Source: Chrysomallon squamiferum (Eukaryota; Animalia; Mollusca). Taken from it: DNA of 64,000 nucleotides. Numbering within the stretch: position 1 is the stretch's first letter; each line of letters opens with the position of its first letter. The position numbers and the translations under genes are program-made. The DNA lies in the NCBI GenBank assembly GCA_012295275.1, contig CM022666.1, positions 10,478,001 through 10,542,000 of the forward strand, written 5' to 3'. Shown one piece after another: positions 26,411 through 57,425 of this stretch. A model generated the notes under the pieces. It had not been told where the DNA came from and searched no databases. It saw nothing but the letters and a program-made list of their open reading frames with translations.

Positions 26411-26859
26411 ATAAACGAAACAACAACAATCGATTTCATGTTTTGTATACATTTGTTTTTAATAATAATAAATCATCCACACTTTTTATTAACAACGAAA
26501 AAGTAATTTCTTGCTCGGCGAAAATTTAAAAAATATAAAACAAATAAAAGAAAACATCAAAGAAAAAAGTAAAGAAAATAAAAATAAATAAATATTAAAT
26601 ATGATAAAATAAGTCAATTAAAATATACGTTTATATGCAACCGTTCTTTGAACGTATACTTTTTAAACTGTATTCCTTTTTCAAATGCTTTTTTCAGTGT
26701 ATTATAGAAAACCGGATATTTCAACAATGACAAAAAAAAAAAAAAAAAAAAAAAAATAATAATAATAATAATAATAATAATAATTCAGACAAATAATCAT
26801 GCTAGATAACACTTCATCATACACATGATACTGGTCTGTTTTTCTTTAATTTGTAAAAT

Positions 26860-27395
26860 TTGTAATATGCCGGACGATTCACTTCTAAGTTCTATCAAAC
26901 GATTCAAAGCACAGTGATGTTTTAATGTTGTTTCTCTTGTGTTTTTTATTTTTTATTATGAGGTATTATTTTTTGCCAATAAAAAGACAGAATGAAAAAA
27001 ATTACAACGAAAAAGAAAGCAAAAAAAACCATTATAGTTTTTGTATAACACGGATATTGCCCAAATTATCGACATTAAACGCCCTCTCGTGGTTATATAT
27101 TGCTCAATAGCAAAGTTATTTCCCTTCGCCTCTGAAATTAAAAAGTAAGCCCCGTAGCCTGAAAAAGTATAAATAAATTCGCTAAACGCGAACTGAACTT
27201 AGTAGCCCAGTGGGCTTGTGATAAGAAAAAGGGAAATGAGCAGATATATTTTAACAATATTTCGTTGATTTCCCCCCACTCTGCTTCTTTTTAAGTTATG
27301 TATTTTCTTACCTGATCAGGTAACAACAGAAGAGGAGCAACGAAGAATATACTGATTGTAACACTGTTTGCCAGCATAACTTAAAAGTGCCCAAC
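26860..27395. promoter_or_regulatory. Putative promoter/5' UTR region of RPB1, possibly bidirectional with the PARG-like gene
   Basis: CpG dinucleotides are locally retained immediately upstream of the RPB1 ATG (27396). There is a TATAAAT near 27168-27174, and the two genes are divergent. The TSS cannot be determined from sequence. Confidence 0.5.
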
Positions 27396-44204
<16,809 letters not shown>

Positions 44205-45646
44205 ATCAAAGTTTGACAGATTCTCAGTTATGCAGTATTTTATCTGTAATTTCAGTGACAGTAAGTTGGAAATGAAGATGGTTCATATTACATTTCTCTA
44301 AATCTCTGGATTTGTATTAATAAAATTGTTTATTTACTTGGCTTGTACTACAGTTATGCAGGCTGGGACCACAAACAATGAAAATTTTGACACTATCTAC
44401 AGCTGGTAAAACACCTACAGTGATGGATTTACTGGACTTGAATGATGTAACAGAAAAAGTTTACATTGAGCTGATTTGTACACTGATAGATTTAGCTGGA
44501 GTAACTTGGAAATGAAATCATACAATCTGTTGTATTTTGAACAACTACAGCTACAATTTAGAGGTAACAGACCAACAAAATAAAATAAACCAAGTTCTTG
44601 AAACTGATTATAAGTTTGTGAAGGTTAGAATTACATTGAAATATCAGTTGGTGATGGTAATTTAAAAAACAACAAAAAAGAAAAAACCTTAAAAAAAAAT
44701 GTACAGTTGTAAGTAAGAAGTGAAGTTTGTGAATACATATTGATAACTTGATTTCACTGTACATGTCGTGTTTCTGTTGATGTGAAATTATACACTTGCT
44801 GGAATCTTCATATAAGAAAACCCAGGTTTTCAAATTTATCTTGATTCACATTCATTACAGTAGTGATTCACATTCTTTAAAAAGAGATGCGTATAATTTG
44901 TACATATTAATATGAATAGTCATTAAATTACCTAATATGAGTGTTGAAGTACACCTGTATGTAATAAAGAAACGTTTTCCTAGAATATATATCGTTAGAA
45001 TTTCGCAAATTTTTTAGGAGGCTGAAAATACCTGTATATACATATTGTTAGTATCAACATAAAGAAAATGTTCAGATGTCACATCTTTTTGTTTTGGTAT
45101 TTAGTTGTTTCACATATACGTTATGCATATTTTTTTCATTCATAGGATTAAGAAAAGCATTGATGTATTAAAAATCTATCTTCTTTTAACTAATGTTTGT
45201 GTACAAATGCTTTTAAAAAAATATACCATTAAATTTGGAATGTTAAAATACTTGAATTGTAAGCAGTCTGCAGCTTTTGACCATGGCATTGGGAACACAG
45301 TTTCAGTGAATATTGGCATCTAATGAGCTGATTTCTTTTATTGCATACTGGGAGTGGGAAAGTTGTAGTGCTTTGCATATTTAATGGACAAGTTTTTTTT
45401 TTTTAAATAAAAATAATATATGCACCTAAAAGTTGTAAATATTTGATCATTTTAAGATGACAGCATACTTGGAGACAGCTTGTGCAGATTTGTTGTAATA
45501 TTTTTATGTTGAGTCGGTCGTCTTCATAGATAAACCGTTTCAAAGTTGCTTTGCTACTGATGTGTATATATGTGTACTGGAATCAGAAGTTTCATTGAAC
45601 CTTTGCCATTTATTTGGATATGCAGCTTTCATAAAATATGGAAACA

Positions 45647-45692
<46 letters not shown>

Positions 45693-46273
45693 GTAGTGTT
45701 GACCAGAATATTTGGAAGGAGGAAAAAAAATCCTTTTTTGAAAACGCTTATTATTTGCAGGTTCTTTATTTATACATCTTTATCTTTTTTTAGCGGTTTC
45801 ATTTTTATGCTGGTTTCTCATAAGTTTTATAGAAACAAATTTGAAGAAAGTAATAAATTTAATTTTGTATACATTTAACATTTACTAAGACAGTTCTTGT
45901 TTATTATTTGGACACAGTTATATTTATAATGTTTGATAAAGTGTGTAAATAAAATTATAAAAACAAATGTTTTTGTTAACTTTTTATAGAAAAGTTTTAC
46001 AATTCCCAGTAAAATGAAGCTTACAATATTGCATAAGTATTGTCACATTATATTGTAAATTTTAGTTATTTTTTTTTTTTTGTGAAACTGCAAAACATCA
46101 GGTGTAGCTGAGTAAATTTACAGCGAAAGGGGCCAGTTTCTCATGTTTGGTGACCCAGTCAGCACTGTGTACCTGGATTTTGCTGATCAAAAGAAATGGT
46201 TTTCTCATCTGTCCATTAACAATGTGCATTGTGTTTTGTTCACTTGCTTTTTTTTCTTTGGTGTGAATGGTCT

Positions 46274-46310
<37 letters not shown>

Positions 46311-46589
46311 CTATATGGAGGCTCTGGATTAAAGCCATGAAACGTACACATCTAATATACACTGATGGTTGCAGTTAGGTGTTGGTCTCAGTTACAGATT
46401 GGTGGATCAGTCCTCGGCAAATCTGAGCTTTTTCTTAGTGCTCAGAAAGTTAGCACAAATAAAATATCACAAACCATTTTTACTTTACAATTTTTATTTC
46501 AGTAGATGTGTAGACATTTACAAATAAAAATTTATGTTTTGACTATTAACATTCAAAGCATGAATTTTTAATTTATCTTTTAATAAAAA

Positions 46590-47110
<521 letters not shown>

Positions 47111-50100
47111 ATTGTTAACAAAAGATACACTTTATCTAAATGTACATTAAATGAAAAATAGATGAAATGGTGGAACTTTCAAAAATTCATGCTTTTAAAA
47201 CATTTTGTAACCTAGGTTATGTAGGTAACAATATAATGAAAACATTTCAAGAATATAAAGAAGACTGATGTATCAGCCATCTTTTCACCGGTATCTGCAT
47301 CAACTAAATGCTGACACATTTCTGAACAGACTTCAAATTGAGACACGGTATAAATCTGTCACGTAACCATGCCATATTGTCACAGCCAATTTATTATTAA
47401 TACTTCTCTTTCTCTGGCGAAAAACATCAGTTTCACACGTAAAAATTTACCATCATATAATTATATGGCAGATTATCAAGGTAACATTAAACTGTTCACC
47501 ATTTCAGACACGGATGTATGGTAGGTAACAAATCCAGATGAAGATCAATGTTAACCATTATTAATTTTGTTAACTGCAATAATCTTAGGGATTTATTGAA
47601 CAATATTCATAAAGTGTTATTACAGCATTATTAGATATCAATAAATCTTTAAATTAGAATACTGTAAGATTACATTTTCATTTTCTGGCAGGAACTGTGT
47701 CCTTTGTATTTCTTACTTTCAGAACCTACATAATTTGGATACAACCTCATTAAAAAATTCTTACACATTTGCCAAGAAAACCCCTACCCCTCAGAACTCC
47801 CCACAAAAAAATCCAAAACAAGTACTTTCCCATTCATGTGTGTCTGAAACATAATTCAATGAACAAATAAAACAAAATAGGATTGGTACCACCTGAAATG
47901 CTGAATATATATACATCTAATATATATAATTTTATATATAAACAGTATTTAAAGAGACACAATAAAAAATAGTAATTTGTTTTTTCTAGAGGTAGACCAA
48001 AATATACCAGTAGTTATGAGGAAAGTAGTTTTATTTTATATAATTAAAAAAAAAAATAATAATAAAAAAACAACAACAATAAAATGAAGAAGAAATGTTT
48101 CAATAATATTAATAACTACAATATTGGCAAGATTTAATAGTTATGTTGTAAAATATCTCCTGATATAGCCTGTTACCACAATAGCCAATATATTTTAAAT
48201 AAACACTGACATAACCATCATATTTACAGGGCAAAATACAAAAATGCCTTCCTGAAGAAAAAAAAAAAAAGGTTTATAGTGTATGTGAATTAGTAAAAAT
48301 ATTATTATTATTCATAATCACATTTTTTTTTTTTTTAATAGGCTCTGGATTACTGTCATGAAACTTAAACATCTAAACAAAAAGAAGTACAAATAACAAT
48401 TTAGACCCACAATTCATTTTAAGCTACTGAAGGCAAAATAATCATAGTATTTGTGTGTGGTGAACATCACTATAATTTCTAATTTAAAAACATTAACATG
48501 CATTTCATAATTAAATGTCACTATATAAAAATATCAATGATGAACTTGTTAGGTGAAATTTAAAAAAAAAAAAAAAAAATTGTTGTAGTAATTAACACAT
48601 TTTACTTCATTACAGGATTATCCTTCACAAACTGGAGTTGAAAAATAGTGTTAATATTTTTCTTTTTGGAGGGAAAGGAAAGAAAATGTATGAAAACTTT
48701 GTTGTGGAGAACTTAGAAATTAAGTGATAATCTTCACATCATTGTTGGCTGTCTTGCAGATACTAATTAAGAAAACTATCTTATTTAGAAATATATAATT
48801 TTACTGGTAGCCAATTATTTAACCTAAAACAATAAATTTAAAAAAAAGGTAAATAAAGTCATTTGTAAAACTGCTCAAGATTCATTAAGTAAATTTTTTC
48901 TCTAACATTTGTTACTAATTAATGTAATTACATTTATGAAATTCATACATCACATCAGTCACCGGTAAATACAGTTTCTTTTATCACATTCAAACATCAC
49001 CTTTTGTCATGGGTTACAAAAAATTACATTTCTCAGATAGCGTAATAACTCATTCTAACATATCATAGTCACACAGCTGAACAGTTTAAAACTATGTCTA
49101 ATTCAGTGTCTCCGTTTTTATTTAATCTGTATAGTTAGTAAGTGATTAAACATTTTCAGTTGGTTAAGCAGTACAAGTGAGTCGTCAGTGTGATTATTTG
49201 ACATGACAGAGTTCCTGTTTCTCACATACTGAGGCAAATTACAAAAACACAGACCTGTAAACAAACTGTTACATTAAACTATGAAATAGTGGGTGTAATT
49301 CAAAATCTAAAATAGAATCCTATAATTTTTTTTTTTTAAAAGACTAATGTTTATAACCAACTTGCATCTACAAACTTCTATTCTTCATATTATCAGTTTG
49401 TAAAATAAATCATATTAATATATTCATACATTTTTCTTTTAGTGATATTTTACGTCTTCAATAAAATAAAATTTTCATACAGGTAAATAAACAAATAAAA
49501 AAAAAAAAATGCATAAGAATGTTACGACTAGTTAAATAGTTTAAATGCACTGTATTAGAAATTACAAAAACACACCAAACTTTGACCACTGCTTTTACTA
49601 ATCTGCATTAAATACAGATATCTTACAATCTCTTACTTTTCTCTTGTTAAAAAAGGAATATATTTTACATATTAATAGTTTTTTTTGAAACAGTGACTGT
49701 TCTAATAGTCTTTCATTATTATACAGTTTTTTAGTTCAGTTATACTGACTTAATTTTAACTGAAATGTTTGAATTATTTTAACATGGGTAATAACACACT
49801 ATAATACATTTTGATGCAAAACTAAACCAATTCTACAAAAATAATTATTCACTTTTCTATCATGCTGTACATATAACATCACATATGTTTAAGCATGATA
49901 TTGTTACATATATAAAGCTTTGAATATACAGCATGTTTTATGAAGCATTTTATGCACACAACAACGACCATTTCTTTTATATGTCATCAGTTTAGACAGG
50001 GAATAATCATTAGCCATAGTATCACATCTCTCTCCTCACAATCACAGTCTCAAACCAACCAAAATGGTTTACAATCACAAAAACTTTATTCTGAAAGATT

Positions 50101-51808
50101 CCCTGTGGTCATAAAATACTTGTCTATTAAAGTATAAAAATCATCACAGATATACTTTCTTTTCTAACACTTCATTGTACGGCTAAGTCTGTATGTTTTA
50201 TTTTAGGTAAACAGCTCAAACCTATCTTAAAGCAAATTAAATGTAATACAGCTAGTACAAAAAGGTTGAATAGAATGAGTCATCAAGGATTCCTACTGAA
50301 GGCATTGAACAGGTGAGGTAGAGAGATTGAGTTTTTCTGCATTACGTTTTAAATTTTTTTTTCTTTTTTTAATATATATATATTTTTTTATTTATACACA
50401 GTCAGTGATGAGATGCTTTAAATATAGAAGTATTTATTAACTGTGCCACCATTTTCAAATATTAAAGAGAATAATAAAGGAAATAGTCTATAAATGCAAT
50501 TGCATATCAAATATTTAACAAATCTTGAGATTAGTTTTGAAACAGAGTAGAAAAATGTAAAATTTTATGCATATACAACCATCAGTGACACAAGTCAAAT
50601 ATACTTACATAAACATGCACAAAAAGTTTGGAAGACTAGGGGAAAAAAAAATATCTACTGAATTATTAATTTAAAAAAATAACATAAAAAGATAAATAAA
50701 AAATGTTGGATGTTTCTATTATATTTTATATATATATATATATATATACATACACACACACAAATACACTCATTATTGATGATGTTTATCTGTTAAAAAA
50801 GATGAAATATTTCAGAATATGTAAATATAGAGTTTAATTAAAATCTGAAATAAACTTTCTAAATGTATTTTTTGACTAGAATAATACAATTAGGAAATAT
50901 CAAAATTTAGCTGGTGGGTATTTTAGATAAAACTGAAAAATAATGGCTGGGAGACAGCATTATATGTAAAAAAAAAAATGGTTATTTAGAAAAAACAAAA
51001 TTATCTCTGTATTTTTTATTTTGTTTTTATATAAAAAATTAATAATTAAAAATGAAAGAATATATCTAATAATTCTTATAATATGAATAACTTTTGTTAA
51101 GAAAAAGTAATAAAATATTTCAATTAACCATTCTTGAGTTTGAAAATATTAAAGAGGTGTGCTCAACTGATATTTACTAAATTCCAGATGATGGATTCTT
51201 CTTAATTTCAGAGACAAAATATAGATATTTAGAATATACAATAGACAAAATTAATATAACTATTGGAAATGACAATGGCATGATTATCATACAAAATGTT
51301 AACTTAGCAAATTTAAAGAATATCCTATTCAAGAATGTAGGAAAGGACTTGACTGTTTGCACACAATTGTAACAAAATGTGTTTTTAATAATTATACCTT
51401 GTATTGTCTCAGTTTTTAAATATTTTATTCTAAGCAACAATATTTAATGCTTAACAAGATACAGTAAACAAAACCTCCCCACCTTATCTTTGCCTGATTT
51501 TTGGGTATAAATAAAAACTGATATTTAAAAAAGAAATGTTTAAAAAAGAAAAAGAAAAAGAAATAATTAAAAAATTAATAAAGCTGTTTGCAGCTAAAGT
51601 CACTTTCTGCTATCTCAGCTAATAATTTTGCTCTAGCGCCTTTCAGGAAGAATCACTGCTTTTTATCTTTTCAGACCATTTTTGTTTCTTATGATCCTTT
51701 TATGAAAATGATTTTGTTTCTTTCTTTTTTTTTCATTAATGGAATAATCCACACACACCAAAAAAAATAATAATTCTTTTTTAACAATAATAACAAAGTT
51801 TTTCACCC

Positions 51809-54108
51809 TCAAAAACTGCTGTCTTTTTTCTTAATAAATTTCTTAGCAACTTTCTCATCATCAAAATTGATGTAGAGCTGAGTACAAATTGCAGAATTAA
51901 GACTCATTCGTTGAGGAGCTTTTGCATATTTTGACCATTCATCCAGATCAGCTTCATACAGCCAAATCTCATCTTCAGTTGCTCCATGGTGTTCATGGCC
52001 AAGAGAGAGAATCTGACACTCAAAATTCATATAGTGTCCAATAGACCGTCCACTCAGTGTCGATGACAACATTGTCCACTGCTTGGTATGGAAACTGAAA
52101 CATTCAATAGGAATCTGACCATGAAGTGGAACACCTGGTCGAGGAATTCCACCCAGAACAAAGATTCTGTCGTCATACACAACCATGTCATGGAGACGTC
52201 TTGCGTAAAACATACTTGGCATGGATTCATAGTGCTGTGTCACAGGGCTGAAACAGATGAAAGAACTAATGGTCTGGCGATCATGTCCTGATATGCCCCC
52301 TGAGAGGTAGATCTTATCCCTGTAGAGAACTGATGCTAATGAGTGGGTGGGAGCTTGTAGTGGGGCCACCTCCTCCCACAGATTTGACACTACATTGTAT
52401 CGCTCTACAGAATCAAGAATGGCAAATTGTTCAGTTGATCCTCCAAATGCATAAATAAACCGATGGAAAGCAACTACTGTGAAATCTATCCTCAACCTCC
52501 TCATTCGGTTTAGCTCCTGACCAACCAAATGACGAGGATCAAAACGGTATAATGAAGGAATCAGTGTCCCACCACCATAATCAACTACACGGCATATGTA
52601 CACAAAATTATCTACAGTTGCTATGCGGCAATCCCGGCTTCCATTTGTGTCTGTATATAGATTATAAAAGATCCCTGAATTATGGCTATATGCCGTAACC
52701 TGAAAAGGCATATATGAGGTTCCATGGTGTATAAGAACTATTGAGGTTGCATCACTGCGGACAGTTGAAGATTCATCAATTAAAGGATGTCCTTTTTTAC
52801 ACATGGCATGATAATGGTAGCCTTTGTTAAGCAGTTCTTTGACAGGTGCAGGACAGCGTTTCATCAACTCACTCTCTCTGATTATCTTGTCAAGCTCATC
52901 TTCTGACATAATCCCAAAGCGAATGTGACTTAGCACAGCCAGACTATTATTTATTATTCTCATTGGCTGGTATCGGAACCAGCGATCTAAACAACAAAAC
53001 AACTGATACTCAGAACTGATTCTTAATGAATTGCGAGACAAATGTTTGGCTAAAATTTCAGGATCCATCTTGAGAAATCCCTGAGTTTGACTGAATTCAT
53101 AAAACTTCTCCTGAATCATGTTTTCCCAGTGAGTAAGAACACTGTCCAGAGAGTATGTATCTGCAATACTGAGAAAATCTTCAGCATTGTCAAATGCCAT
53201 CAATGACTTAATGTAGTTGCTACAGACATCAAGTGCTGATGAAACCTGCAGGTGACTTGCTGTATTGATGATTTCAGTCAGGTTATCCAGTTGAAGAGCC
53301 ATTTCACCACTGTATATGAAGTCAATTACCTGTAAAGTTAAAATTACATGATCAGACTTTCAGTGAATTTTCTTTTTATTAGTATTATTTTTCAATTCCT
53401 GTTTTACAATAAGAACAATGTATATCAGTGATAATGAACAGTAAATTAAATAAAAATATTTATATATACTGTGGCAGTTCTAGTCTTTCCAGTAGTTTTA
53501 CGCTCTTGCATTATTAATTTTAAAACACATTTAGAAATAAAATACACTGAAATAAATAATGATTTCATGATAAAAATATGCATATGTATGTATGTCATGT
53601 ACTTTCACACTACTGTATTAAAACCTGAGTAAACTGAATGTCTTTAAACCAGATTTTCAATAGGGTGTTTCTTTAAATATTATTGACTCGACAAGTTATA
53701 ATGAATAATGTTACCTGTTGCAGACCATCAGCTGTGACTCCTTTCAAATCAATCATATTCTGTTTGCTCTCTGCCATCTCACCCCCACACATAACACGGA
53801 AATAGTCACTAGTCGCAGCCAGCAACACTTTGTGCACCTGTAAATATTTCTAACCGTAATTATACTGCTCCAAAACACTTTCTACAGTTTGATTATTTAA
53901 CAGATAAGAGTGACATTGTTACCTATAAACACTTTCTATAAATTATTTAATAATAAGTCTGACACTGTTGTCAATTTGTTACCTCAAAAACACGACCCTC
54001 TGCAGACACTTTATAGTCGCAGAGTTCATTGTTATTACGCAGACTGTTTAGTTTCTGTATAACTGAATCTCCATATCCACATGCTTGTAACTTGTGCACT
54101 TCACTCAT
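51809..54108 (-). CDS. Kelch-like BTB-BACK-Kelch protein (putative CUL3 substrate adaptor); 589 aa; coding exons 54108-53983, 53837-53715, 53329-51809
   Basis: BTB: [23 protein letters not shown]|[16 protein letters not shown]...|[12 protein letters not shown]: SEYQLF...W, HIRFGIMS. Kelch blades: IYAFGG..VERY...W, IYLSGG, IFVLGG..IECF...W. All junctions are phase 0 GT-AG. An acceptor near 54130 implies an upstream UTR exon. Confidence 0.93.
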
Positions 54109-54449
54109 CGTGTCAGAGAGGCTGCACTTCTGTAACAATATTATTTATATTAACAATAGACATAAAACATAAATAAATAATAATGAAGTGAAAAATAAAA
54201 GATATATACATGAAACATTAACTTGTAATATAAAATGTGTTTAATGTAAAGTTTAAGAAATACCAAATCATTTTTTAAATATGTAAATAAATAAAACATA
54301 CAACGGCAAAATCATTTAAACAATAAAAATGTATTTAATGTGAAAGTAATACAAGACTAGAGGTATCACAGAATTTTCATTTTTCAATTTTTGTTTTCTT
54401 TTTTTCTGAACGATATATATTTTTTTATTTATTTATACACAAGTAATTA

Positions 54450-54830
54450 TCAAGCGGCGTTTTTGTTAAGATTATATACCATTTATAAATGGAAGAATGC
54501 AGCTTCCTTGAGCTGAAATATTGATCAGACAGAACAGTCACGTGAAATAATCTCGTTCTGTAGCCATTCATTGCTAACAGGTCGGTGAACTGGAATCTAT
54601 TATAAAAACTAGGCCACTGCACCGACTGCGACTGGGACAGATTTACAGAAATTGCAACTGAAGATTTTAAACGATGTTTAATTTTAAAATATTTTTAGAT
54701 AATAATGGAATCGACGAATCACGTCCCTGAAATAATATCCTGTGCGTTGCTACGTGTCACAACAAAAATAATTGCAAATCCAAGTTTTTATCCTGGACCG
54801 AACAGTGAAATGTGGGCCACTTCCAAAGCA
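54450..54830 (-). promoter_or_regulatory. Putative first exon/promoter region of the Kelch-like gene
   Basis: CpG-retaining patch upstream of the acceptor at 54130, containing GTCACGTG (E-box) at 54537-54544 and further ACGT cores. Confidence 0.35.
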
Positions 54831-55127
54831 GAGAGAAAAAAAAAAAAAAAAAATTGGGTCAGTAAGTTACTAATATAATGAGTAATCACTGTAATGTCCT
54901 GTTAATTAATGGCCAAAAATATAATTATATAAAGTCAGTAAATATTATTTTAACAGAATGTAACAAATCATCACGCAAAGTAAATATGTTTATGCTATAA
55001 AAAAATACCTTGTTTGAAGCGTGAACGAACACCAGCTGACTGGTCCGCCATCCTTGGTTTTGTTGTTAAATCAATCCTTTATTGTCTGCGCACCCTCTTA
55101 ACAACTCAGAAAAAATGACATACGTTA

Positions 55128-55136
55128 ATCATAATC

Positions 55137-55181
<45 letters not shown>

Positions 55182-55248
55182 TAATGATGATGATGATGAT
55201 GATAATGATGATGATGATGATGATGTTGATTATAATAATAATAATAAT
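55128..55248. repeat. (AAT)n(GAT)n trinucleotide repeat
   Basis: Directly visible; yields poly-N/M/I/L pseudo-ORFs. Confidence 0.93.
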
Positions 55249-55414
55249 CAATGTTATTTTATGATATTCAGTCGATAAATGATAACTAATTACTGGAACA
55301 TTCAAAACAAACATTTCTAAATTTAAAGAAATCAAAGAAAGACTATAGAATTGTACTGAACAATTATTTTCGAAATGGTTTACAGCACTGGAATTTTTCT
55401 CTCGCTATAATCAT

Positions 55415-55418
<4 letters not shown>

Positions 55419-55475
<57 letters not shown>
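55419..55475. repeat. (AG)n microsatellite
   Basis: Directly visible. Confidence 0.95.
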
Positions 55476-55479
<4 letters not shown>

Positions 55480-55777
55480 GTGAAAAAGTCATATATATAT
55501 CTTCTCCCCCCCCCCGTTTTTTATAACACTTCAACTGTTGTTTACCAAACTAGAAGGATGTATTATTTATGACTACAAAGCAGGGCCACTGGAAGATTGT
55601 GATAATCAGTGTTTAAAATTTTGAGATGCAAATACTGGAGAGAAAAAATTCTTTTAAGGGCTTTTGGACATTTAAATAATATTTGGTTGTGATAAAATGT
55701 GTTACTGTTTTAAATAAATTATGATAGAAGTTAAAAAAAAAAAAAAAAAAAAGTTACTTATCAATGACTATTTAGCA

Positions 55778-55896
55778 CAGGCATGGGCATCCTCAGACGG
55801 GCCGCAGGTACTAATTTAGGCGATTACAGTTATTTTCCTTGTGAAATTAGGCGGGCCATTCAGTAAGCCGCGAGGGCCGCAGTTTACCCATGACTG
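55778..55896. mobile_element. 119-bp hAT (Charlie-like) MITE with a perfect 8-bp target-site duplication
   Basis: TIRs CAGGCATGGGCA / TACCCATGACTG, subterminal GGGCCGC motifs, and ATTTAGCA flanks at 55770-55777 and 55897-55904. Confidence 0.9.
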
Positions 55897-56815
55897 ATTT
55901 AGCATATCATGGGAGGCATATTGGACAGGAATATTAACTGTGAACTCAGTATATAATCTGATATGACAAATGAGATTTTGTAAAGTAGTTAAATTCTTTG
56001 AACGTCGACCTCAGTTGGCTGCGCAAGTTCGAGTGGCCATGTTAAGTAATAACTTATTTTTCAAAACATTCAACATGAACGAAATTAATGTGAAATGCAC
56101 TGTAAGTGACGCTCTGGCAAAAGATAGGTCCGCTGTGACTAATGTGAAAATATCCAACGGAAGAACGTCTGCTTAAGCCCCAAAACATGTTTATGGCTAA
56201 AATTTGTTGATTTTGTTTCAGAGAGAATACGAAGCCAGACACCAAACCTAGACATGACTGTATCTTTAACTAACCTAAATTCGTATTAAACCAGGGTTTT
56301 GAAATGGGAAGGATCAATACTGTACTATGCAGATTTCAAACAGAAGTACACGTAGTGTCCTATGAAGGGATACCAGGACAGTGTACTCGAACCTTTGTTA
56401 GGTACTGACGTCAGAAGACATGCTTATAAGGATGGACTACTTTACATAACTATTATAAAATGAGTGATCAATACTGACGCCCATCTCGTCTATATTTCTT
56501 ATTAAGCCAATAGTAAACAAAAACAAACACATACTACATGCACAGTTATCTTGAATATCACTGGAAATCGGCCGTACCTGTGCGTGTCAAACAAATAAAT
56601 AATTACCTGTTAAATTAATCTGTATAAACGACTGTATGTAACTGTTCACACACTGACTGAAGGCGGGTATGCACGTAGTAACACCGGATATGTGTAAATG
56701 TGACACACGTGTCTTTTCAAGACTCCGACCTGTTTACTATTTCAGCAAATGAAATTATGAGTAGGTATAGTACGTAAGAACGAAAGACTGACGAAACACG
56801 CGTTACTAAGAGTTA

Positions 56816-56846
<31 letters not shown>

Positions 56847-57362
56847 ATTGTTTTTATCCAGACGGATTAAAATGTATTTGACTGTTGTGATTTTGACATA
56901 ACGCCTACTAACTCTCATATACACAGACAGGCAAGCATGCACACACGCGAATACATACTTATGAAATTATTTATGGGTAATAGATATATTCATACATACA
57001 CTCACAAAAGGAAGGAAGAAATGTATTTACACTGAGGACATATTCAGTTATCAAGCAAGAAAATCCAGATCGGCCATGCTAATGACTACACTACTTATTA
57101 TTATTATTTTCTAAGTGAGTAAAACAAAATTAATCGCTAATCAGAGCAAGCAGTTGTGAAGCAGGCCTGAGACAAAGCTGGGCGCACGTGCGTGTGACGC
57201 AGAATTTTATATATTTTTTAATTTTTTTTTTTTTTATTGCTACAAGGAAGGTTTTGTATTAACCTCACAGTCAGAATATAACAGCACATCTTAAAATAAA
57301 ATAAAACAGAAAAAAAAAGAAAAAAAATAACCAAAAAACCCTACAACAACACAACCTCCTAA

Positions 57363-57423
<61 letters not shown>
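57363..57423. repeat. (AAT)n microsatellite
   Basis: Directly visible. Confidence 0.95.

Positions 57424-57425
<2 letters not shown>

Noticed and set aside
46085-46380. Possible THAP-domain remnant (LWIKAMKR)
   Set aside because: No recognisable C2CH residues or CSxHF motif in frame; too short to support.
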